A stretch of 64,000 bases of DNA from a virus, in the IMG/VR virus record IMGVR_UViG_3300035703_000062, positions 10,338-74,337 of that record, one strand, 5' to 3'. Shown here one piece after another: positions 1-6,501 of the stretch. The notes beneath the pieces are model-generated. The model searched no databases. It was not told where the DNA came from and was given only the letters and a program-made list of their open reading frames with translations. The position numbers were made by a program, and so were the translations under genes. The stretch's first letter is position 1. Each line of letters opens with the position of its first letter.

Positions 1-780
1 GCAGTGGGCATGCTGCAGCTCTGTGAGCTGCATGCCACCACTGGCGTTGGTGACACTGGAGAGTATTTGCCCGCTTCCATTGATCGTCAAGTGGGCCTCG
101 GCATGTTGGGCCTGGCTAATTTCCTCGCGCAGGAAGGCATCTCCTATAAGGATTTCGGCCTGGCCCTGAAGGATGTGAACGATGGGAAGGAAGTGGCGTT
201 GGCCCCTGGCCGTGCTGCTGCCGTGATGCTGAAGCGCTCCATCATGGAAGCCGCGTCGATTGCCCGTGAATACAACATGGACCGGGCGTTCTGCATTGCA
301 CCCACTGCATCCTGCTCCTACCGCTACCAGGATCTCAATGGTTTCACTACAACGCCTGAGATTGCTCCTCCTATTGCTCGCCATGTCGACCGCGATAGCG
401 GCACATTTGGCGTGGAAAGCTTTGACTATGGCAATGTCGAAACGGCGGCAGATGTGGGCTGGGAGGATTACAAGCGCGTCGCTGACGAGCTGGTACGCAT
501 GTATCAATCAACAGGCCTCTTCCATGGATATAGCTTCAATTCTTGGAGCGATGTGGTTATTTATGACGAAGCCTTCCTTCGCGATTGGCTAGCATCTCCT
601 CAGACGAGCCTCTACTACTCGCTGCAAGTTCTCCCGGACACGCAGCGTAAAGATGACGCCTACGCGGCGCTAGATGACGACTTTAAGAGCATGTTTGGTC
701 TCGACGAAGAGTCTGAGGCCAGTCAGAGTTCTGCGGCCTGTGATCTAGAGGCTGGCTTCTGCGCGGCCTGCGCTGAATGA
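1..780 (+). CDS. nrdA: Ribonucleotide reductase class I alpha subunit, C-terminal part (5'-truncated by window), cyanophage Cyano-SP type
   Basis: LCEL active-site Cys/Glu, GLGMLGLAN, IAPTASCS, SLYY tyrosine pair, C-terminal Cys pair (FCAACAE). Confidence 0.93.
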   Translation, partial: AVGMLQLCELHATTGVGDTGEYLPASIDRQVGLGMLGLANFLAQEGISYKDFGLALKDVNDGKEVALAPGRAAAVMLKRSIMEAASIAREYNMDRAFCIAPTASCSYRYQDLNGFTTTPEIAPPIARHVDRDSGTFGVESFDYGNVETAADVGWEDYKRVADELVRMYQSTGLFHGYSFNSWSDVVIYDEAFLRDWLASPQTSLYYSLQVLPDTQRKDDAYAALDDDFKSMFGLDEESEASQSSAACDLEAGFCAACAE

Positions 781-807
781 GGAGCTATTCCTCCCATTGA
801 TAAAGAA

Positions 808-837
808 AAAGGGGAGCTTTAGGGCTCCCCTTTGTTT
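808..837 (+). terminator. Hairpin between nrdA and nrdB (terminator/attenuator)
   Basis: AAAGGGGAGC-tttagg-GCTCCCCTTT followed by GTTT. Confidence 0.55.
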
Positions 838-873
838 CCATCACACCAAACCATCGAACTATACCATCCTCCG

Positions 874-1611
874 ATGAGCACTGCAGTGAAGAGCCCCTAT
901 TTGGATACCATCGCTAAAAAGCGCCCGTGGCAAGCGGTGCCCGTTAGCAAAGGTGCCGTCGTTTCTGGTAGTGAAGAGACGATTTTCCGCGCATTGGCAC
1001 TGCGTCACCTTGAACTGCCCGTAAAAGATCTGCTTCAGCAGGGCCTAGAGCGTGACCTGCCTTCCACACATGGAGTGGTTGAAGCACTGATGTCAAACAT
1101 GGAAGATGAGGAGCGCCATGATCAAGCTCTGAACTACGTTGCCGCAGCTCATGGTGTTGACGAGAAGGCAGAGCGTGACGTGATGAACATTCTCAAGGTA
1201 TGGAATGAGCATCCGGCCCACCCTGTTCACAAGGCTGCCATCCTTGAGCGTTCCATTTTCTTTGTTGCATTGCCCTTCTTCCGTCAGAACGGCGATATTG
1301 GCATGCGCACCGTTAGCGCGGACATTAGCCGCGACGAGCGTGTTCATACTGCCATCCATGGAATGGTTGCCAAGGAGCTGAACCAGGAGGACTCTGCGAG
1401 CTTGAACAAGCTGCGTGCTGCCACTGCTGCATGGCTGTTTGAACGGCTTGGCCGCAGCGAAAACCAATGGCTTGATAAGGACTTTTGGATGCGCCAGTCC
1501 GAGAATTTGTTCTATACGGGCAAGGCTCCTGAGATGGTCGAAACGCGCCGCGCCCGCCAGATTGCTTTCTTTGAAGCAGCCAACACCGACCTTCCTAGTT
1601 ACGGTCGCTGA
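874..1611 (+). CDS. nrdB: Ribonucleotide reductase beta subunit (ferritin-like)
   Basis: Dimetal ligands E(LELP), EERH, E(ILER), DERVH; directly downstream of nrdA; ATG 874 preferred over TTG 832. Confidence 0.88.
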   Translation: MSTAVKSPYLDTIAKKRPWQAVPVSKGAVVSGSEETIFRALALRHLELPVKDLLQQGLERDLPSTHGVVEALMSNMEDEERHDQALNYVAAAHGVDEKAERDVMNILKVWNEHPAHPVHKAAILERSIFFVALPFFRQNGDIGMRTVSADISRDERVHTAIHGMVAKELNQEDSASLNKLRAATAAWLFERLGRSENQWLDKDFWMRQSENLFYTGKAPEMVETRRARQIAFFEAANTDLPSYGR

Positions 1612-1635
1612 AGAACACACGCCACCACTGCTTTT

Positions 1636-1678
1636 AGAAAGGCGCTAGGCTTGTCGTCTAGCGCCTTTCTTATTCTTT
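1636..1678 (+). terminator. Rho-independent terminator after nrdB
   Basis: 13-bp stem AGAAAGGCGCTAG/CTAGCGCCTTTCT, T-rich tail. Confidence 0.75.
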
Positions 1679-1680
1679 GA

Positions 1681-2220
1681 ATGAAACAGTGTATTAAATG
1701 CGGCGAAACGAAGGCGCCGTCAGAGTTCTACAAAGAAAAGAGGGTGATCGATGGACTCACTGCTCGATGCAAGACGTGCATGAAGGGCGATGCGTCCTCT
1801 AGTTATGCAGGGAGACGTGAGGCTGTGGCAGCGAGAAACAAGGCAAACTATTCAGCTCAAAAGGAAAAAGACAAATCATTGCGTCTCAACTACGGAATCA
1901 CGCTCGATCAGTGGAATGAGATGTTTGATTTGCAGGGCCGCCAATGCGCAATTTGCGGAAGCGCCAAGCCAAATCATGCGAGTGGTCAATTTGTCGTTGA
2001 TCATTGTCATGAGTTTGGCCAAGTGCGCGGCATTTTGTGCGGGAATTGCAACATCATGCTCGGGCACGCCAAAGACGACGTGAACACGCTGTTCGCTGCG
2101 GCGATGTACCTTGTTAGCAATTCCACGCCTGAGTCCATCCAGGAGCGCAAGAACCGCCTCAAGGCCGCGCCTGAGGCTATAGTTACTAGCGATAGAGGCC
2201 AAGCCTCTGAAGCGATTTAG
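1681..2220 (+). CDS. Endonuclease VII-like (His-Me finger) nuclease, probably a free-standing homing endonuclease
   Basis: N-terminal CxxC Zn ribbon, YGIT..QGRQCAIC, VVDHCH..VRGILCGNCNIMLG. Confidence 0.88.
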   Translation: MKQCIKCGETKAPSEFYKEKRVIDGLTARCKTCMKGDASSSYAGRREAVAARNKANYSAQKEKDKSLRLNYGITLDQWNEMFDLQGRQCAICGSAKPNHASGQFVVDHCHEFGQVRGILCGNCNIMLGHAKDDVNTLFAAAMYLVSNSTPESIQERKNRLKAAPEAIVTSDRGQASEAI

Positions 2221-2280
2221 TATTTCTAATTGCTTCACGCTTGGTCCATCACCCCCGCTCTGCTTCCGTAGCATCGGGCT

Positions 2281-2442
2281 GAACGCTCCTCAGGCTTAGC
2301 TCTCAGACGGGGACCATTTTGTTGGCGCCAACAATATGGTCTCTAGAGATGATGCCCAAACAGAGGAGCCTCTGGATCCGAGGTGTTGGCACACGCCGTG
2401 CAAATAGCATGGAATACTGGGTTCGATTCCCAGCGGTCCCCA
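2281..2442 (+). ncRNA. Putative structured RNA: long rod (2285-2369) followed by a tRNA-like cloverleaf (2374-2442)
   Basis: Perfect T-arm CTGGG-TTCGATT-CCCAG; D stem GTGT/ACAC; anticodon-like stem CCGTG/CATGG; imperfect acceptor stem; upstream TAGCAT -10-like hexamer at 2269-2274. Confidence 0.6.
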
Positions 2443-2458
2443 TTTTCACGGCACTCTC

Positions 2459-3010
2459 GTGAGCCTCTTCATCACGTCAGATACGCATTTTGGTCACACC
2501 AAGATGCTTACTTTTCTGCATACTGACGGTACTCCCGTGCGTCCGTTCTCTTCTGTGGAGGAAATGCACGAGACAATGGTGGAAAGGTGGAATAAGACAG
2601 TCAATCCTGGTGACACTGTTTACCACCTAGGAGACGTGGCCATCCCGCGCAGTGGACTGCGCGTGCTGGAGCGTCTCAATGGAAGGAAGATTTTGATTCG
2701 CGGCAATCACGACATCTTCAAGATGGCTGACTATGCGAAGTATTTCTATGACATTCGCGGATGTCATTACAGGGATGGCTTAGTGTTTAGTCACATTCCC
2801 CTCCATCGTGATTGTTTCATTTCAGAGCGCTATTGGGGCAATGTGCATGGCCACCTTCATCGTCACACTGTGATGTATCAGGGAATGCCCGATCCCTTCT
2901 ATTTCAATGCCTGCGTTGAAGTAAATGGCTTTACGCCAGTAGCATATGAGGAGATAAAGGCGCATTTCGCGGATGTCCGAGCGTCGAACGTTCAACACGC
3001 CGCTGCGTGA
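2459..3010 (+). CDS. Calcineurin-like metallophosphoesterase
   Basis: SDTHFGH, YHLGDV, IRGNHD, SHIP, VHGHLH motifs. Confidence 0.92.
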   Translation: MSLFITSDTHFGHTKMLTFLHTDGTPVRPFSSVEEMHETMVERWNKTVNPGDTVYHLGDVAIPRSGLRVLERLNGRKILIRGNHDIFKMADYAKYFYDIRGCHYRDGLVFSHIPLHRDCFISERYWGNVHGHLHRHTVMYQGMPDPFYFNACVEVNGFTPVAYEEIKAHFADVRASNVQHAAA

Positions 3011-3218
3011 GCCGCTCAACCCAATCATCCATCGCCTCTTGCAGGCTGTGGATTGGCATAACTCTCAGTATTTCAAAGACCACAATCCTTGGCACCTACA
3101 GAAGGCCGATATCATCAGACAATACGTGAGAGAACTGAAGGCTTGGGTGTATGAGCAAGAGAAAAACAGCGTGGAGACTTTGGGCTCTAGCTCTGGGGGA
3201 GAAAGCAGGGAAGCATGA
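2973..3218 (+). CDS. Hypothetical protein
   Basis: ORF in the same operon, phage-like composition. Confidence 0.6.
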   Translation: MSERRTFNTPLREPLNPIIHRLLQAVDWHNSQYFKDHNPWHLQKADIIRQYVRELKAWVYEQEKNSVETLGSSSGGESREA

Positions 3219-3363
3219 AAAAGAGGCAGATATTATTGCTTTAGTGCGAACTTTTATCTTGTTTTCATACATGGCCACCAATGTGTTTATTGTGGCTGGC
3301 GTTATTCGACACTGGAACAAGCAACTGCCTAGCTGTGTGCAGACACTAAGAAAGGGGGCCTGA
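3151..3363 (+). CDS. Small membrane protein (cyanophage-type WRLWAxALGEK family)
   Basis: One hydrophobic helix, NxFIVAGVIRHW motif; terminator at its end. Confidence 0.65.
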   Translation: MSKRKTAWRLWALALGEKAGKHEKEADIIALVRTFILFSYMATNVFIVAGVIRHWNKQLPSCVQTLRKGA

Positions 3364-3378
3364 GCCCCCTTTCCCTTT
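3350..3378. terminator. Bidirectional terminator between convergent units
   Basis: GAAAGGGGGC-ctga-GCCCCCTTTC. Confidence 0.75.
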
Positions 3379-3481
3379 GCCTAGCGCTTTGATCATCTGA
3401 ACGACGAGCAAACGTCGTGAGAGAGTGAAAAGCGCGTCAGCTCGCCAAGCTTACCACAGTGGCTCAAAACCAGTGACAGGT

Positions 3482-3601
3482 TCAGAACCAATGGGGCTTG
3501 GGAACGTAGGCAACGCCTCGATAAACGAGCGACGCCATTTGTGCTTCACGCAAACGAGCAGCTTTTTCAAGCTGTTGCTTGATCAGAGCGAGAGGGTTCA
3601 T
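3482..3601 (-). CDS. DUF4278-like small protein (39 aa; putative glutamine synthetase inactivating factor-like peptide)
   Basis: MNPLALIKQQLEKAARLREAQMASLVYRGVAYVPKPHWF with LxYRGVxY motif; GGAG RBS; directly downstream of a Gln-II riboswitch. Confidence 0.85.
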   Translation of the reverse strand: MNPLALIKQQLEKAARLREAQMASLVYRGVAYVPKPHWF

Positions 3602-3614
3602 GGTTGTTCTCCAT

Positions 3615-3667
3615 GATGCTGGCCCCGTTCCGTGCCAGCGCGTCATGCGCCCCTTGCGGGGTGAACG
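3615..3667 (-). promoter_or_regulatory. Glutamine-II riboswitch (Downstream-peptide RNA motif)
   Basis: CGUUCACCCCGCAAGGGGCGCAUGACGCGCUGGCACGGAACGGGGCCAGC: P1 CGUUC/GAACG, P2 CCCC-GCAA-GGGG, short P3, pseudoknot GCUGGC/GCCAGC just 5' of the RBS. Confidence 0.9.
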
Positions 3668-3674
3668 TACCTTC

Positions 3675-3683
3675 AGTGTATCA
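3675..3683 (-). promoter_or_regulatory. Extended -10 promoter for the riboswitch-DUF4278 transcript
   Basis: TGA-TACACT 7 nt upstream of riboswitch P1. Confidence 0.6.
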
Positions 3684-3697
3684 AAGCTTGCGCAAGG

Positions 3698-4061
3698 GTA
3701 GGAGCGGGGCGCATTAGCCCCATAACGTCCGTGCGGCGGACCTCCTACTTGCTTCATCGTCGCCTGGTACGGCAACAGCAGAAAGGACTTCCCCACCCTT
3801 TCTGCAACCGAGGATGCCTGATACATCCTCTAAACCACTCGGGCGTCCCCTCGTGGCTGCATCGCGAATGCCCAGAAACTATAGCGGTTTTTTCAGCTTT
3901 TCGTAATATTCGCCGGGAATGAAAATTTGCCAATACTTGGCAGCTATTGGCGCCAGGACCAATACACCACGCCACCTTGCTCGATCACCCATCGATGGTG
4001 GTGCCTAGCTTCCCGGAGCGGGACGCAAGCTTGGTGCTTGCGCCCCTTGAGGAAGTATTGC
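3698..4061. ncRNA. Hairpin-dense non-coding region, probably one or two structured RNAs
   Basis: About nine stems including a 3-way junction GTAGGAG/CTCCTAC and a long-range CAATACTT/AAGTATTG pair; -10-like TATAGT and TACAGT on the minus strand. Confidence 0.5.
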
Positions 4062-4080
4062 ATGCAGACTGTATCGCCGT

Positions 4081-4323
4081 TCACACGTCGTAAATGCGGC
4101 ACTCCAGTGCGCTGGGATTGAGGCTGCAGAAACTGCCCCAGTGTGTTGCAGCGTCGAAAGGGCGCTTTGCATCCCTTTGATAGTCAGCCATGGCCTTTTC
4201 GTAGGCCCTCATGGCCTGATGGGCCTCTTCGCTGTCGGCGCCATGCGTATTGAAGGCCATGGTGAAATCGAAGGAAGCGTCTACCACTTTGGCGAATGCC
4301 TGATGGAGAGTTTCGTCGTCCAT
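4081..4323 (-). CDS. cp12: CP12-like Calvin-cycle regulator (divergent)
   Basis: C-terminal FCSLNPSALECRIYDV matches the CP12 CxxxPxxxEC(R/K)xYD motif; lacks N-terminal Cys pair and canonical AWDxVEEL. Confidence 0.75.
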   Translation of the reverse strand: MDDETLHQAFAKVVDASFDFTMAFNTHGADSEEAHQAMRAYEKAMADYQRDAKRPFDAATHWGSFCSLNPSALECRIYDV

Positions 4324-4342
4324 TGAAGAACTGCGAACACCT

Positions 4343-4540
4343 TCAGGCTACTTCTGTTTCGGAAGATTGTTGTAGTTTTTGTTGTTTTTTCAACACTTGA
4401 TAAACTTTACGCAAACGCGGCAGTAGAGAAGGCTGATAGAAATGCTCTGCGGCAAGAAGTTGCAGGGCTGTTTGACGATCGCCTTCAAAGATGGCTAGCA
4501 GGAACTGTGCTTCCTGAAGATTAAGCTCAAGTGTTTCCAC
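4343..4540 (-). CDS. Hypothetical protein
   Basis: ORF between terL and cp12, same strand. Confidence 0.55.
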   Translation of the reverse strand: METLELNLQEAQFLLAIFEGDRQTALQLLAAEHFYQPSLLPRLRKVYQVLKKQQKLQQSSETEVA

Positions 4541-4577
4541 TTCATGGTGAAGATAAATTCTTGAACATACTAGAGGC

Positions 4578-5942
4578 TCACAAGAAATTTTCTAGCCAAT
4601 TGGACTCATCGTCTTTATTAGCTGCATGAATTGCCGCGGCCAGGGCGAAAGCATGGTCGTCAATACCAGTTTGTTTGCCGCCAGTGACACTCCATTGTCC
4701 TCCTGCTTTGTATACAACAGTGAGCCCTTTAATTTCACTAATAGCCTTCTCGTGATTGTAAATGTTCACTTGTCCTGCGTTGAACAGTTCACGCATCTTT
4801 GAGAATGCTTTTGTTTTAGAAGAAATGGTCCAAGTGAGTTCTTCAATGGGGTAGTCGCCAGTGAGGGCCTGGATTGTGCCCGCACTGTTGTACTGGTCCA
4901 TCACAATCTTTTCAAACACATAGAGCTTATGTTGCTCCCTTATCCAATCTTCAACGGCGTTAATGTTAACTTCCTTCCTGCCGTTAATTTCAAAATCCGC
5001 CACGAACGTGTGGAACTTGTCCACAACTAATATTCCATTGTCAAAGTGAACAATACAGGCGGTGTAATTATCTCTTCCAATGCCGCCACGGGCAGGGTCA
5101 AGCGATAGCACGTAGGAGCCAACGAAGCGCTCCTCTGGGGGGAGCGCTTTGCGTTTGTCATCAATGCAGGCCTCAACCACATCGGGGGAGATGAGGGCTG
5201 AAAGGTTGGCGGAGAACTGCGCTCCGTATTCAACGTTGAACTTATCGGGATCGCGCTGGCGCTCCAGTTCCAGGAAATCGCGAGAGATGGTTGGGTTCAT
5301 CTCCCACGTTGGGAGGTTGACCGCTTGTAGGTGTGGAAAGCGACCGGAGGCTGCCTCCTTGAAATGTTGGTAGAAGAGACCGTCAGTCAGCCATGGTGAA
5401 GACAGCTCAAGGATTTTGCCGTCGCTGCCGAACTGTGCCACTGCAGGAGAGAGTGCCTGATAGATGCCGTTGGCGCCAGAGTTTGCGTCGCCGTCCACGG
5501 CGAACGCAAGCTCGTCGAACACACAGGCGCAGCAGGCAAGACCACGAGCAGCACGACCCGATGTAGGAATAGCCTTGAACACACATCCATTGCTCATCTC
5601 AATTTGATCAGCGGTTTCGCGGGAGATTTCCTGCGCGAATGGGCTATCAAGAATGAGCTGGCGAATGTTATTAAGAGCAATGCGGCTCTGGTCCTGACTG
5701 TTTGCAACAGTAAGCACGTACCACTTCTCTCCTTTCCGTACTTTTGCTTTGTACTTGTCTTCTAGGACAAAGCAGATGTAGACGCACGCAACGGCGGCCA
5801 TGAGCGTTTTGCCGCTACGGCGGCCCAACGCCCACGTCGCCTGTGAAAACCCCCCTTCAAAGAACGAATCGAGGATTTCAGCCTGTTTGGGATAGAGGGC
5901 TAATCGAAGGGCGTGCTTTGCGAAGTCTGAACATCTAAGCAT
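4578..5942 (-). CDS. terL: Terminase large subunit
   Basis: YPKQ Q-motif, Walker A GRRSGKT, Walker B VFDE, LSSP coupling motif, RNase H-like SLDPA..D..DDHAFALA. Confidence 0.95.
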   Translation of the reverse strand: MLRCSDFAKHALRLALYPKQAEILDSFFEGGFSQATWALGRRSGKTLMAAVACVYICFVLEDKYKAKVRKGEKWYVLTVANSQDQSRIALNNIRQLILDSPFAQEISRETADQIEMSNGCVFKAIPTSGRAARGLACCACVFDELAFAVDGDANSGANGIYQALSPAVAQFGSDGKILELSSPWLTDGLFYQHFKEAASGRFPHLQAVNLPTWEMNPTISRDFLELERQRDPDKFNVEYGAQFSANLSALISPDVVEACIDDKRKALPPEERFVGSYVLSLDPARGGIGRDNYTACIVHFDNGILVVDKFHTFVADFEINGRKEVNINAVEDWIREQHKLYVFEKIVMDQYNSAGTIQALTGDYPIEELTWTISSKTKAFSKMRELFNAGQVNIYNHEKAISEIKGLTVVYKAGGQWSVTGGKQTGIDDHAFALAAAIHAANKDDESNWLENFL

Positions 5943-6430
5943 TGTTTCAGCTCCTCCATGGAGCGAAGATTGTCTTTAGGAACGAAATAACACGGGCGCC
6001 CCGGCACATGCTCTTTCTTCCATTGTTTTTGCTTGGCTTGATGGGCATGTAGCCAACCATGGAGCCTAATTTCCTGGTTTTGTATCGTAACCAATACCAG
6101 GGTCTTGTCTTCACTTTCATCGAGAAGGCAGATTAGATCATAGTAATGGCGTGAACGTGTTTTCACATCAATATTGAAGGGCAGGTCGCAGCTTCCTCTG
6201 GTGGCTTCTGTTTCTTGAAATACGAAATCTTTTAGGCCAAGAAAGCTCGCCACTGCCATTTCGCCACCGGCACCAAGGATGTGCATGCGGAGGGCGTCGT
6301 CGCCCAAGGCTGGGCCGTTATTTCGGCCCAGCTTCCCTTGTTTTGCGTTGGTTTCTTGCCGGCGTTCGCCTTCGGCTATGGCCAACGCCTTCTCTGAAGG
6401 GGACAACTGCCACACAATGTGTTGGGGCAT
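5900..6430 (-). CDS. Hypothetical protein, possible PD-(D/E)XK nuclease fold
   Basis: GAGGEMAVASFLG..D..IDVKTR pattern; overlaps terL start. Confidence 0.55.
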   Translation of the reverse strand: MPQHIVWQLSPSEKALAIAEGERRQETNAKQGKLGRNNGPALGDDALRMHILGAGGEMAVASFLGLKDFVFQETEATRGSCDLPFNIDVKTRSRHYYDLICLLDESEDKTLVLVTIQNQEIRLHGWLHAHQAKQKQWKKEHVPGRPCYFVPKDNLRSMEELKQCLDVQTSQSTPFD

Positions 6431-6501
6431 GTTGAGGAATGTTTCAGTACACGACAATGTACCCAGTTCTAGAATGATTGCAATATCAGGATTCCTTATG
6501 C

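Noticed and set aside
2374-2442. Functional tRNA-Ile(AAT) or tmRNA
   Set aside because: No U33, tiny D loop, mismatched acceptor stem, no CCA; no tmRNA tag frame or G3-U70 pair. Kept only as tRNA-like.
3677-3692. NtcA box overlapping the DUF4278 promoter (GCA-N8-TAC)
   Set aside because: One mismatch to GTA-N8-TAC, and the good half-site is simply part of the -10 hexamer
3698-3748. Hammerhead ribozyme in the 3-way junction
   Set aside because: No CUGAnGA or GAAA core on either strand
3482-3826. 114-aa ORF from the track
   Set aside because: Its 5' part spans the riboswitch, promoter and hairpins; the RBS-supported start is 3601
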